A stretch of 64,000 nucleotides of DNA, taken from the NCBI GenBank assembly GCA_002269645.1, contig NIVC01000879.1, forward strand, positions 18,666-82,665. The letters run 5' to 3'. A program made the position numbers and the translations under genes. This document shows positions 13,110 through 35,951 of this stretch, piece by piece (positions within the stretch are counted from its first letter, which is position 1; each line of letters begins with the position of its first letter). This stretch comes from Macrostomum lignano (taxonomy: Eukaryota). A model generated the notes under the pieces. The model was not told the DNA's origin, did not search any database, and worked only from the letters and a program-made list of their open reading frames with translations.

Positions 13110-13590
13110 CGGATTTTTTAACTTGAAATCTTGGGGATTTGAAGTATGTGGGATTTTAAGTTTGTGGGATTTAAAGTTCTTGTGGGATTTGAAGTTCTTG
13201 TGGGATTTGAAGTTTGTGGGATTTGAAGTTTGTGGGATTTGAAGTTTGTGAGATTTGAAGTTTGTGAGATTTGAAGTTTTTGGGATTTGAAGTTTGTGAG
13301 ATTTGAAGTTCATGTGGGATTTGAAGTTTGTGGGATTTGAAGTTTGTGAGATTTGAAGTTTTTGGGATTTGAAGTTTGAGATTTGAAGTTTGTGAGATTT
13401 GAAGTTTTTGGGATTTGAAGTTTGTGAGATTTAAAGTTTGTGGGATTTGACGTTTGAGATTTGAAGTTTGTGGGATTTGAAGTTTTTGGGTTTGCAGTTT
13501 GTTGGATTTGAAGTTTTTGGGTTTGCAGTTTGTTGGATTTGAAATTTGTGGGATTTGAAGTTTGTTGGATTTGAAGTTTTGGGGTTTGCA
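13110..13590. repeat. 16-bp minisatellite (TGGGATTTGAAGTTTG)n
   Basis: Period 16 (13201 to 13217). Confidence 0.9.
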
Positions 13591-14464
13591 GTTTTAGGGA
13601 TATTTTGAAAAAGCTTTAACGCGCTCCAAATTCTTCTTCAATTTGTTCTCCTTGGCACTGGGGATGGCGTGACTCCAGCAACTTGATGGTCACCTGCTGT
13701 TTAAGTGTGCCGTGAAGCCCAGCAGCCAGCCAGCCAACACAGAGTTATTTGTGCGTGACAGCTCCAATTCTAGAGAATTTTCAAAGCAAGCTAGCAGACA
13801 GGCAATTCAACATGGTGAGACCTTAAGTATAGAAGGACGGCTGCGACAAACTTCTTGGGTTGAATTTGGCGTCTTGCCATTTTTTATTTGGGAAAAATAT
13901 TTCAGTTTTATCTACAATAAAAGATTTTGTTCTTTTCCTCACAAGTAAACGGACCCCCTTTGAGCCACAGACAATGAACAGCAAGTCCTCAGTTGGCTCG
14001 GCGCTTCTGTCCGCCTTAGGTGTCACCCGCTGATCCCCTGGGCTTAAGCATATTAAGACAGAAATTGTTGGGATAGGAACAGATCCAAGCCGAGACCATG
14101 AATCTGTAGCAATAAAATGCGAACTCCAGAGATGCATAAACTTCGTTGCCACTCCCTGCTTCTGGGAACTGATTTGATTGGGATAAAATTGTGCCGCATT
14201 CAACCCCCCTGGGGAGTTACCTGCTCCTGTGAAAATTATTGAAACCAAATTTCACTTTGGAAATTTCATATAACGCCTGTCTAATGCTGAAACATTTCTG
14301 GCCGAATACAAAACTATTAAAATTTGTGACGACTTTTTCGTCTGGAGAATTTTAAGTAGGAACATCTGTAAGGTAATAAAAAATCACTGTGGATTTTAAA
14401 AGCTTGGTCACGGTGAAACAGCATTATGTATTGATTGATCGTTTCCAGACTTGAGAGCAGAGAT

Positions 14465-14790
14465 GGGCCAGAGGAGAAAGAAGGCAGGAGAGAGAAGGGA
14501 GAAGAGAGAAGGGAGGAGAGAGTAGAGAGGAGCGAGGAGAGAGAAGGGAGGAGAAAGAAGAGAGGAGAGAGAAGAGAGAAGAGAGAAGAGAGGAGAGATG
14601 AGAAAGGAGAGAGAAGAGGGGAGAGATGAGAAAGGAGAGAAGAGAGGAGAGATGAGAAAGGAGAGAGAAGAGAGGAGAGATGAGAAAGGAGAGAGAAGAG
14701 AGGAGAGAGAAGGCAGGAGAGAGAAGAGAAGAGAGAGGAGCGAGGAGAGAGAAGTTAAAAGCGAGAACAGATAAGAGAAGAGAGAGAAGA
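14465..14790. repeat. Polypurine GA-rich tract
   Basis: Recurring GAGAGAAGAGAGGAGAGATGAGAAAG units. Confidence 0.85.
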
Positions 14791-15479
14791 TGCATGCGGA
14801 TCAGAGAGGGAGATAGTGAGAAGGATATAAACAGAAGAAGTACCACAGGCAGATTCTGAGGGAGTTGCATTAAAAGGACCTTAGATGCTCGCCAGCAGCA
14901 ACAGAGAAAGTGGGCAGGGCATACAGGGAGGCGATGGAAGCGGAATGAAGCAGTGTGGGGATCCCAGCGGCACAGTTGAAGGCAGAGGTGCGTTAACGGA
15001 TCAGAAATACAATGGACTGGAGCAGAACAATTGGCCAGAAGTTGACAGCGGGGGAGGAGCGAGCGGCAGACTCCGGGGGCGGACCTTCTGGAGAGCGCGT
15101 GCGACGCCCTGCTGACAAACTGCGGACGATTGAGCCGCTCTTCCGCTCAGCTTCCTTTTTCGTCAAGCTTCATCAATGATATCGTGTTGCGCAAGCAAGT
15201 GGTGGGATATTTTTATCCCACTCGGTCAGCCAAGCCACTCCTCCAGATCTCGCAGGTGTTAACCGCCCTCCCCGGTGTCCGGTTGTTTTTGCGAAATCAA
15301 ACGCCGCGGGGGTCCCCGCCTCCGCTTGCTGACCCCCCCCCCGCTGTGCCGCGTCTCAAAGCCTGGGCCCCGCTCATTACTACTCGTCCTAGTAAGTAGT
15401 GCAAGTGAGTTTTCTGATACTAAATAAGACACAGAATAAACTGCGTGAAAATGTTTTTTATTTAAATAAGAACGTTTGA

Positions 15480-15900
15480 ACTCTGCCACAGACTGCCACT
15501 GACTCTGCCACTGACTCTGCCAGACTGCCACTGACTCTGCCAGACTGCCACTGACTCTGCCAGACTGCCACTGACTCTGCCAGACTGCCACTGACTCTGC
15601 CAGACTGCCACTGACTCTGCCAGACTGCCACTGACTCTGCCAGACTGCCACTGACTCTGCCAGACTGCCACTGACTCTGCCAGACTGCCACTGACTCTGC
15701 CGCTGACTCTGCCACTGACTCTGCCACTGACTCTGCCACTGACTCTGCCACTGACTCTGCCACTGACTCTGCCACTGACTCTGCCGCTGACTCTGCCACT
15801 GACTCTGCCACTGACTCTGCCACTGACTCTGCCACTGACTCTGCCAGACTGCCACTGACTCTGCCGCTGACTCTGCCACTGACTCTTCTACTGACTCTGT
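15480..15900. repeat. Compound 20-bp/12-bp minisatellite just downstream of the ERG stop codon
   Basis: (CTGCCAGACTGCCACTGACT)n followed by (CTGCCACTGACT)n. Confidence 0.92.
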
Positions 15901-15994
15901 CCCCTCATTAATCAGTCAAATCTCGGCACAGAAGCTGTTACACCACTTGGGAGCTCAGCGAAATGGGCCTCCCCAATGTGCGCACGGACTGTCT

Positions 15995-25500
<9,506 letters not shown>

Positions 25501-27295
25501 TGCGGATATCCGGGTTGGACGGGGCTAAACTGGGTAGTGTATTTTTGGCGCAGTAGTGCTGCGCTGAAATTTCCAGTTTTTATCCAATCCAAATTTATGC
25601 AGAGTGGGCTGGCGTTGCCAATAAGCTGTGAAGATGCTGGCCACTATGAAACTATCTGGGGAACTGTTTGTCTCTGTTCTTGCCGCGCCAGAGACGATAG
25701 AGGGATCCACAGGGTCCTCTACACGGGGACACAGAAGCGGGCCTGCATTTTTAATTTCTGGGTGATTTGAAACCAAGTTATGCTACAACGAACCATGACA
25801 CCAAACAAGGTAAACAATGGATGTCTTCACTCCCATTGTCCTCAATAACAATCAATTCAACTTCAACTGTCAAAGTGTCAAATTCCTAAGAATTGACCTT
25901 TTCACCCGTCAAAATGAACCTGTCATGTTTTTGCAAAAGTTGCCCATTTTACAAGCGCTATAAGAACCCGAAAACCTTCTGTCAAGTCTTTGTTATCTCA
26001 TTATCGAGAGCAGAGTTATCGGCCGTTACTGATTAATGGATTCCGTTGAGTTCTTGAATTAAAGGCCCTCCGTATTCCTAAGGGATTGGATAGGATCCTT
26101 TGGGCCGATTGGGCTAAAAACACTAAAAACTCCATAGCATAGTATCTTAAAATAAAAAAATTGAGTTTCTATAATCCGAAAATTATGAACTTTTCGGTTT
26201 TAAGACTTGACACCATACCAATAAGTTTTTTTTTTAAATTGTAAAGAAAGATAACAAAGACGGTAACCTGGAGTAGTTATCATTAGAAGAATCACAGGAA
26301 ACAAGTACACTGACCTACAAGTGTACTAGCAAATTAATTTTGTGTTGCCTTTAATTATTGCAACACTTCTAATTGCAGTAATTAACAGTAGAACTACTAA
26401 CTACCAACAGTAGGCCTCCAACCAAGCGGAGCTTCTGGACCTTCAACAGGTGGCACCATGCGAATTTCTCTAGTTTCCCTGATCAAGCCTCAACTGCCGG
26501 ACATCCTCAGCTAGTTCCTCAATTCCGTCATCAGCCCAACGCCGTCGGGAATCCCTCCTGGGCAGTTCGAAGTGAGGAAAATGGCTTGGTGTTCCTATTG
26601 TTAAAAGATACCAAGTTAAAAGAATCTGTCATCTGAGACTTGGATTTGAAATATTACGACCAATGTTGTGTCTACGAGAATTGTTCATCCTTGGCTATTG
26701 ATTTAAATTCTCGCTGTAAACTAACCTTCCATTAACCAATGCCTCACCAAAATGCACTCGCGACCTAACCAGATCTATTTCTCTCTCCTCTCTCTATACG
26801 GCTCGTATTCTGCTGATCGTGTGGTTTTGTATTCGTGCGTTTGATCAAATTTGGCCCACAGAAGTGAAAGAAGCCCACATCTATGGGGAGCTTTTGCTAA
26901 TTAAACTGTTTGTTGGTTTCACTTTCTACCTATATAACGAAAAATAATAAGCTCGTAAGGACTATTGATTGATTAAAATCCTGTTTATGTGTTTCTCTTT
27001 TATTCAAGAATGCTATCCGCCATCTCAACAGAAAATAGAAACATAAGATTTCTTTCACCCAAGTGCTGTCTGAATAATTGAATCCTTAAATGCCTAAGAA
27101 TAGTATTTCTGCTGATTCATCTAGGGGATTCAGGCCATGTTAATATAGAGGTAAATGGTTGAACTAAACGCTGTAAACAACTAGTGCCGAGTCCTCACTT
27201 CCTGGATCAAATGGTGACCTTCCCAGTCACAAACCATTTTGTCTTTCAGTTCTTAGTCGGCTTCTTCTCGGCCGTTTCAATGTACGTTTGGTGGA

Positions 27296-27520
27296 TCACT
27301 TTCTGGTGGCTCGTCTGCGCTTCTTGCCGGCCACTGTAGAGGCGGAGCGCTTCAGCTTGCTGGTCCCCCTGGAGGCGGACCGCATCCTACTGGCCCCCTT
27401 AGAGGCGGAGCGTTTCCGCTTGGCTGGACGGGCTCGCTTGCGCGGAGTTGAAGCCGTCTGTCTCTCCGGCTTGTTATAAGTGGTGGCGACAGGTGACGGT
27501 TGTTGCGAGTGCGACCTCAT
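27296..27520 (-). CDS. Candidate small, highly basic protamine-like or H1-tail-like protein (74 aa)
   Basis: Single ORF with 25 of 74 residues K/R and three RSAS motifs at 10-11 aa spacing. It forms a GC-rich island in AT-rich DNA, with a minus-strand AATAAA at 26998-27003. No homologue recognised. Confidence 0.45.
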   Translation of the reverse strand: MRSHSQQPSPVATTYNKPERQTASTPRKRARPAKRKRSASKGASRMRSASRGTSKLKRSASTVAGKKRRRATRK

Positions 27521-28684
27521 CCTGGGCGATAGCTATAGCTTCAGCTGTTCAATTCGGTTTGATAATATTTTTTCTCTCGAAAGTTTTGAGCGTGCTTTTA
27601 AGGGCTTTAAAATCGTTTTTTGACCTGTTTTGAATTGCGTAAAATAGTCTATGGTGAAATATTTTCGTCTTACAAAACTCTGAATATTTAACTTAGTACG
27701 TCTTTCTAATTAGTCTTTAGAATTAACAATCGCATATGGGCTTCTCCAGCTAGCACCAGTTGCGTATCATTTTTACTTGCTATTTTGCTCAGAATGTTTG
27801 CTGTTTATTATTTTCTGCAAAAATCATTCAGCAGTCGCTCAATCCGCAGAAACAGATTCGTTCTTATTGCATGCATCGCATATAGGTTTCTTCACAAAAT
27901 TTGTAGTTTTCCAGTGTCATTAGCTTTGAAAGTAACTGTCAATGCATTTTTGCTGGTTTTATAAGTTGCATTAAGGTCATTAGTTAACTTATTACTTTAT
28001 TTTCACTTTGGTAGTTACGGTTCGTGGCTTTAATTCTCACGTTGCTGCAGATGTCAATCGGATCAATTAGTTTAGAATACGAGTATTCGCCATTTTTATT
28101 GAACTTGTTTCTACGGAAGAAAAGAAAAAATAGGACATATTAATTTTTAAACGATACTATGCAATCATTTTAAATCTAAGACTGTTGAAAATTTTATTAT
28201 TCAAGTAGTGAATCGTTGTTTTATTAGGTGCTTTAGCATCGATCGCCGTTACGGCGGGATTTTAAAGTACCAAATAGGAATTGAGTTTTTTAAATTTTCT
28301 GGCACCTTCACTTGGCCAGGACTACGACTCTTGCACCTTGCACGCAGTCCTACAACCCACTCCCCCTCCCTCCTGTCCCTCACAGGCGATGAAATCGAAA
28401 TATATTGATTAGCTATTTCAACGCACAAAAATGGATAAAATATATTGAATGATCCATCTTAGATTCCTGACAATGTTAAATCTATTTATCAAATACTTTC
28501 AGACTTTAGTAATTAGTTTTATTTTATTTAAGAAAGTTATAATACACTACCAATAAGATGGAATATAGACTTAAATGTGTGCCATACTATTAGTCATTCT
28601 CCTTGCTAGCACAGTGATGTATTGAATATATTTCTTTGATTTATTTAGGTCATCAACTCTCAAACTTGTGTAACTAAAATAAAA

Positions 28685-31600
28685 ATGAACAAGTGTTTAT
28701 TAATTTGCATTAAAATTTCAAGAGCGATACCACTTGTCTTTATTTCCCTTATATTATCTTGGTCATACTATGCCTATGTAGTTGCAATGTGCATATGTAA
28801 GTTTCAATTTTGTAGCTTTATTTTTTAATAAATTGGTTTTTGTTTATATAATAAATTTTATTAAATATAATTTCCAATTATAATTTTAGATGCTATTCCG
28901 AGTACAAGTGTTGGTGAAAAAGGTAATTTTGTATAATTTTTATCTTAACCTACATGTAATATTAGTTGACAATGTTGATTAACTTATTTCTTTTATACTT
29001 TATTTCAGATCAAATTATATATCCCTTTAAAAGATAGATATTTTTGTAGACCTTGGATATAATGAATTTATTAAAATGAACTAGCTAAGTTGCTAAATGC
29101 TTAGTATACTTTACTTTATTTTAACTATTTTTTAAATTGAATTAGAAATTTAGAAGATAATTTGTTATATTTGCAATCTAATCTAATAAACCCATACCTT
29201 TTTAGTGGCATTGATTGTTTTCTATCATATATTTTTTGGAATGTTTGTCTGGGCCTACATTCAGACAATATTGACAAAGCCATCGCTTGTCCCATCTAAG
29301 GTAAGTTTTTGTTTGTTGTGTCCTAATATATTGCTTCAATATATTTTGTTCAATCAATAAAAATATACTCATTGCCTATCCTTTGACCAGTTCAAGCTAA
29401 GTCAGACAGACCTAGCCAACATTCAAATAGTTGAAGGCAATGAATCTGAGTCCAGTTCAAGACGGCAGGATTACCTGCTGGGTGTTATTGCTGAGCGTCA
29501 CCTTCCTGTGTACACTCGCGGCTCTGGCGGCAGCAATGGCGGGAACAGCGGCAGCACCAGCCAAGGCAGATTCATCCGGCTTTGTGACCCCTGCCAGCTC
29601 ATTAAACCCGATCGGGCACATCACTGCTCCACCTGCGGAGTGTAAGATTTCCTGAATCTAGATCCCCATCCCAACTCTAGATTCCGATTCCAACTCTAGA
29701 TCCTGAACAATCCTAACTCTAGATCCCGATCCTAACTCTAGATCCCCATCCCAAATCTAGATCCCGATTCCAACTCTAGATCCCGAACAATCCTAACTCT
29801 AGATCCCCATCCCAAATCTAGATCCCGATTCCAACTCTAGATCCCCATTACAACTCTAGATCCCCATCCCAACTCTAGATCCCCATCCCAACTCTAGATC
29901 CCCATTACAACTCTAGATCCCCATTACAACTCTAGATCCCCATCCCAACTCTAGATCCCCATTACAACTCTAGATCCCCATCCCAACTCTAGATCCCCAT
30001 TACAACTCTAGATCCCCATTACAACTCTAGATCCCCATTACAACTCTAGATCCCCATTACAACTCTAGATCCCCATTACAACTCTAGATCCCCATTATAT
30101 CTCTAGATCCCCATTACAACTCTAGATCCCCATTATATCTCTAGATCCCCATTACAACTCTAGATCCCCATTACAACTCTAGATCCCCATTACAACTCTA
30201 GATCCCCATTATATCTCTAGATCCCCATTACAACTCTAGATCCCCATTATATCTCTAGATCCCCATTACAACTCTAGATCCCCATTATATCTCTAGATCC
30301 CATTATATCTCTAGATCCCATTACAACTCTAGATCCCCATTACAACTCTAGATCCCATTACAACTCTAGATCCCCATTACAACTCTAGATCCCCATTATA
30401 TCTCTAGATCCCCATCCCAACTCTAGATCCCCATTACAACTCTAGATCCCCATTACAACTCTAGATCCCCATTACAACTCTAGATCCCCATTACAACTCT
30501 AGATCCCCATTACAACTCTAGATCCCCATTACAACTCTAGATCCCCATTACAACTCTAGATCCCCATCCCAACTCTAGATCCCCATCCCAACTCTAGATC
30601 CCCATCCCAACTCTAGATCCCCATCCCAACTCTAGATCCCCATCCCAACTCTAGATCCCCATTACAACTCTAGATCCCATTACAACTCTAGATCCCCATC
30701 CCAACTCTAGATCCCGATCTCAACCCAAGATCCCAATCTCGAAGTCCCAATGTCATCTTTAGATCCCGGTTGTCATTACACGAGAGAACATTTGCGCACT
30801 CAATGCAGCTGTCTACTAAAAATGGACCACCACTGTCCCTGGGTGAACAACTGCGTTGGCTTGCATAACTACAAATACTTTCTGCTATTCCTAGTCTACG
30901 GAGCTCTGTACTGCTTCTACGTTGGCGGCTCGTCTGCTAAGTACTTCGTGGCATTTTGGACTGTGAGTTCTGGTTTAAAATAGACCGGTTGTATCTCAGT
31001 AAGAATATTATCTAACCCAGTATCTCACTGCAATCTCATCCAGTATTTAACTGCAATCTCACCCAGTATCTCACAGCAATCTCACCCAGTATCTCACAGC
31101 AATCTCACCCAGTATCTCACAGCAATCTCACCCAGTATCTCAGCAATCTCACCCAGTCTCTCAGAAATCTCACCCAGTCTCTCAGAAATCTCACCCAGGA
31201 TCTCAGCAATCTCACCCAGGATCTCAGAAATCTCACCCAGTCTCTCAGAAATCTCACCCAGGATCTCAGCAATCTCACCCAGTCTCTCAGAAATCTCACC
31301 CAGGATCTCAGCAATATCACCCAGGATCTCAGCAATCTCACCCAGGATCTCAGCAATCTCACCCAGTATCTCAGCAATCTCACCCAGGATCTCAGCAATC
31401 TCACCCAGGATCTCAGAAATCTCACCCAGGATCTCAGCAATCTCACCTAGTATCTCAGCAATCTCACCCAGTATCTCAGCAATCTCACCCAGTATCTCAG
31501 CAATCTCACCCAGTATCTCAGCAATCTCACCTAGTATCTCAGCAATCTCACCCAGTCTCTCAGAAATCTCACCCAGTATCTCACTGTCACCACCAGGCCG

Positions 31601-32829
31601 GCATAGCAGACGTGGAGGCCTACAGATTCCATGTCCTATTCGTATTCTTCGTGGCCTGGCTGTTCTCCCTGTCTCTGGTATTCCTGGCCGGCTACCACGC
31701 ATTCCTGACGCTGCGCAATCGGACCACGCTGGAAAGCTCGCGAGCTCCCATACTGGAGTCGGGACCGGACTACCGGGCCTTCGATCTTGGATTTAAGCGG
31801 AATTTCCGTCAAGTATTCGGCAATCGATGGCAGCTGTGGCCTCTGCCGGTCAAGTCCTGGTTGGTCGCGGTCTACTTTTAGCTGAACTCGCTCTAATGCC
31901 TTTGAGACTAATCCTCTAATCCCTTTGAGACTAATCCTCTAATCCCATTGATAATAATCATCTAATCCCATTGAGAATAATCATCTAATCCCATTGAAAA
32001 TAATCATCTAATCCTATTGAGAATAATCCTCTAATCCCATTGATAATAATCATCTAATCCCATTGAGAATAATCCTCTAATCCCATTGATAATAATCATC
32101 TAATCCCATTGAGAATAATTATCTAATCCCATTGAGAATAATCATCTAATCCCATTGAGAATAATCATCTAATCCTATTGAGAATAATCATCTAATCCCA
32201 TTGATAATAATCATCTAATCCCATTGAGAATAATCATCTAATCCCATTGAGAATAATCATCTAATCCCATTGAGAATAATCCTCTAATCCCATTGAGAAT
32301 GATCCTCTAATCCCATTGAGAATAATCCTCTAATCGCATTGAGAATAATCCTCTAATCCCATTGAGAATAATACTCTAATCGCATTGAGACTAATCATCT
32401 AACCCCATTGAGAACAATCCTCTAATCCCTTTGAGACTAATCATCTAATCCCATTGAGAACAATCCTCTAATCCCTTTGAGACTAATCATCTAATCCCAT
32501 TGAGAACAGTCCTCTAATCTCTTTGAGACTAATCATCTAATCCCATTGAGAATAACCCTCTAATCCCTTTGAGAATAATCCTCTAATCCCATTGAGAATA
32601 ATCCTCTAATCCCATCGAGATTCATCCTGTAGTCCCATCGAGATTCATCCTGTAATTCATAATCGAATCCTTTAGTCTTACATATAGAAATGGTATTAAA
32701 TAATATTTTTCCCTAATTATCATATATTAAACTGTACTTTGCAGGCTGGCTGACGGTGTGAACTGGGAGCAGCGCATCGGCTCTCCCTCCTGGGATCAGC
32801 GGCCCCCCAGTGCCGTCAGCGCTAAGTAA
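28685..32829 (+). CDS. ZDHHC2: DHHC palmitoyltransferase, ZDHHC2/15/20 subfamily, 7 exons, 330 aa
   Basis: Exons 28685-28796, 28890-28922, 29206-29300, 29391-29641, 30809-30962, 31597-31859, 32745-32829 total 993 nt, GT-AG and in phase. Motifs WSYYAYV (TM1), [35 protein letters not shown] (DHHC-CRD), NRTTLE (TTxE) and NFRQVFG (PaCCT). Paralogue 2, 15 or 20 cannot be resolved. Confidence 0.95.
29660..30745. repeat. 19-bp minisatellite filling the intron that splits the DHHC-CRD
   Basis: (ACTCTAGATCCCCATTACA)n; period 19. Confidence 0.95.
31010..31585. repeat. 21-bp minisatellite in a ZDHHC intron
   Basis: (ATCTCAGCAATCTCACCCAGG)n. Confidence 0.95.
31900..32650. repeat. 23-bp minisatellite in the last ZDHHC intron
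   Basis: (CCATTGAGAATAATCATCTAATC)n; period 23. Confidence 0.94.
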
Positions 32830-33284
32830 GCATCCTGCCGTCTCTGTACTTCTCAAACTAAGTTATATGATGTACTAAAAATTTACATCATCTTGCTGAC
32901 CCCTTCAACGCGATGGGATAATTCTTTGGGATGAAAATGTGTGATTTTCTACTATATCTACTACTCTTTCTACTTTAAGTAGGACGGCGGGCGCCACTTC
33001 TCGCAATCTTTTGTCAGAAAATAGAGATGTCCATTTAGTTATGATGCACTGCAGTTCGGCCTGATGACATCTACATCCGCCTGCCAGCCATGCCTCCCAA
33101 TGAATAGGGATTCTATACAGTCCTGCCACACAATGCAGGCTATTTAATAATGTTTGGAATGATGGAGACTTCCTTCCGTAATACAGTCTGTGTGTTGAAG
33201 AGTTGATTAAATCTCATTTTGACTTGAGACTTTAATGTGAAGCTTTTAATTTCATTGTTATGATTCATATTGCTGTCCACGCGT

Positions 33285-33615
33285 TGCTGGGTTCATGCGT
33301 GTGTTTATCAGCTAGCCAGTCATTCAGTGCTGGGTTTATGCGTGTGTTTATCAGCTAGCCAATCATTCAGTGCTGGGTTTATGCTTGTGTTTATCAGCTA
33401 GCCAGTCATTCAGTGCTGGGTTTATTCGTGTGTTTATCAGCTAGCCAGTCATTCAGTGCTGGGTTTATTCGTGTGTTTATCAGCTAGCCAGTCATTCAGT
33501 GCTGGGTTTATTCGTGTGTTTATCAGCTAGCCAGTCATTCAGTGCTGGGTTTATTCGTGTGTTTATCAGCTAGCCAGTCATTCAGTGCTGGGTTTATGTG
33601 TGTGTTTATCAGCTA
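33285..33615. repeat. 43-bp minisatellite
   Basis: (TTCAGTGCTGGGTTTATTCGTGTGTTTATCAGCTAGCCAGTCA)n. Confidence 0.93.
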
Positions 33616-34587
33616 CAAACAAACAATATTTTATCCGGACTTTCCAGCCCCATTCTTCTGCGTCCGGAAGAGAATTATCGGCCTCACGACGCAGACATCG
33701 AGGCCAACGGCAGAGCTCCCGTCTGAGGCAGCCGTTGTTTCTTTTTTCTGCTTTTTCCCAATGCGGACTTTCTTTGACCAGGTGTTAATTTTGAAGCTTG
33801 CTATAGAAAATCTTTATTATTGAAATCTTTTTGTCGTCCGCCCAATTGTCTTCTTATCTGTGTCTGTTGTAATCCGACCAAATTAATTATTCTGCGATAT
33901 TTACAATCTTTTTAAGCCTACTTTAAGTAGCCAAGATATACACAAAGAATGCACAATTTATTGATTAAACAATTAAGAAATAGATAAGCAATATTAATCT
34001 TGCGTGTATTTTTTTAGAAAAAGAAAACCATACGAAATCATCACGCGTCGGGCTCAGACAACCGTCTTATTTTTTCAAGCGTTCTGGACAGCCGCATAAA
34101 TAAGTGCAAATCTTGCAAAGTGCGGGGTCGTTTACAGAACAGGTGCTCAAACACTTGATGCTCCTATCAGTAATGTTTTTGGGGGATTTTTGAAGGCATT
34201 GCGAGGTGTGACTCTGAGATTCACAGGATTCACCAACCTGAAAATCCATGAACCTTAATGTACCTGTCAATTGGGTTGCCTCAAAGTTTTACCACTGACA
34301 ATGTTAATTAGACAGGAATAGTCCAAATCTTTGAAATTTAGACCGAACAACATATCATATTCAACATATTTGCACAATTTAGAAGCGTTGAATTTACTAC
34401 GGTCTCTCGCAATCACGCAGCGCACGAGGTTCAACTTGGGGGGTCAAGGACAACTAAAACTCAAAATAAAAGACTTTGATACAACCATATAAATTCCTGT
34501 GGTCTTTTAGAAGCACTTGTTTTAATCACAGCATACTCGAGCTACCGCAGGCAGACTGGGGTCACGGCTCCCTCCCAGTCGCGCACT

Positions 34588-35951
34588 CTACTTGATGCGG
34601 CTGCTCCGCCGACTGCCGCCTTTGTCGACGCTCAGTCTGGCGCCGGAGTTGGAGACTCGCCGGCTCGACAGCGAGCCGCCATTGTTCGCCTTGTCAGCTG
34701 GGCCGCTTGAAGCCGCCTTGCCGCTGCCTCCGGCGGTGGTTGATAGCCGCTTGGCGCCTCGCTTGGGACCGCTGGAGTTCAGCCGCTCTGCGAAATGGTC
34801 TCTGAATAAAGGATTCACCAACCTCAGACTCCGGATTCACCAACCTCAGACTCAGGATTCACCAACCTCAGACTCAGGATTCACCAACCTCAGACTCAGG
34901 GTTCACCAACCTCAGACTCAGGATTCACCAATCTCAGACTCAGGATTCACCAACCTCGAGCAATCCTGAGCAATAACAATTCACATCAGACTTTGTGAAA
35001 CTCGGGGAAGTTTCACAATTCACCGATTCCCGGAAACTCACTGATAAAGCTGTCATCATCCTCGAGCTGATCCAGCAGTGGCATGTACAGACGCTCCTCA
35101 GCGCCTTCGCTGGATGTCATCTCTACAATACAGTAAAATACAGTAAAATACAGTAAAATACAATGGGCAACAAGAAATCTCTTAATGAAAATCAAAACTG
35201 TCACTCACTGATCTCCTTGACCAAGATGAGGCTCTCCCGGTCTCTGAACACGATCTCTGGATCTTCGTCCAGTCGTTTGCTGATCCGTTTAACATTTCCG
35301 TCCTCGTCTGAGAGATCCAGCACATCTGCATTGGATAGGGGAAATTCAATTTCGGAATTGAAGGCTTCATCCGCTAGTTCCCAGACAACTATAAACAGTC
35401 ACAGCCTTGTACGAACGGAGATGTCTCCTGCCAACCACAGCCTCTCATATGTACATCATCATCAATCAATCTCATCAATCACATAGCGTCAGCTGTCTCA
35501 CCGTCTTCGGAGCAGCCGCATCGTTCACGAATATTGGCTAAAAGTGCCTGTGCCAAGCATTTGGGGTTGAACAGCTGTTGCTTGTTGTCTGCAATATTTA
35601 TTACGGTTGAAACAATTATTTAGGGCAGGGACAAGTCAAGCTTTCAATGTTCCACGTGTCTCTAAGGTTTTTGGGCGCCATTTTCGAGCGTTTAGGGTGC
35701 CAGTTTGAGTTTTGAGTGTTTAGAGGTGTCAGTTTTAACTGTTTAAAGGCGCAAGTTTCGAGTGTTTAGAGTGCCAGTTTCGAGTGTTTAGAGTGCCAGT
35801 TTGAGTTTTGAGTGTTTAAAGTGCCAGTTTTTGTGTGCAGGGGTGTCAAATTAGAGCGTTTAGAGGCCTCGTATTTGACTGCTATCAATATAATTCAAAA
35901 GTTGCAACAATGCCAATGAGCCTCACCTCCGTATTTCACCACAATGAACAT
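34588..35951 (-). CDS. CXorf65/C22orf15-family uncharacterised protein, 5 exons, 169 aa
   Basis: Exons 35927-35951, 35502-35588, 35209-35325, 35042-35122, 34588-34787 total 510 nt, all phase-1 GT-AG introns. Protein MFIVVKYGDNKQQLFNPKCLAQALLANIRERCGCSEDDVLDLSDEDGNVK...RESLILVKEI...RLYMPLLDQL follows, from memory, the pattern of CXorf65/C22orf15. It ends in a basic low-complexity tail. Confidence 0.75.
34808..34965. repeat. 22-bp minisatellite in the last intron of the CXorf65-like gene
   Basis: (GGATTCACCAACCTCAGACTCA)n. Confidence 0.9.

Noticed and set aside
14885-15399. GC-rich stretch with 76-aa and 89-aa ORFs
   Set aside because: No recognisable homology or exon chain; left unassigned.
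26420-26600. Minus-strand GC-rich patch reading ...WADDGIEELAEDVRQLRLDQGN*
   Set aside because: Could be a terminal exon, but I could not link it convincingly to an upstream exon.
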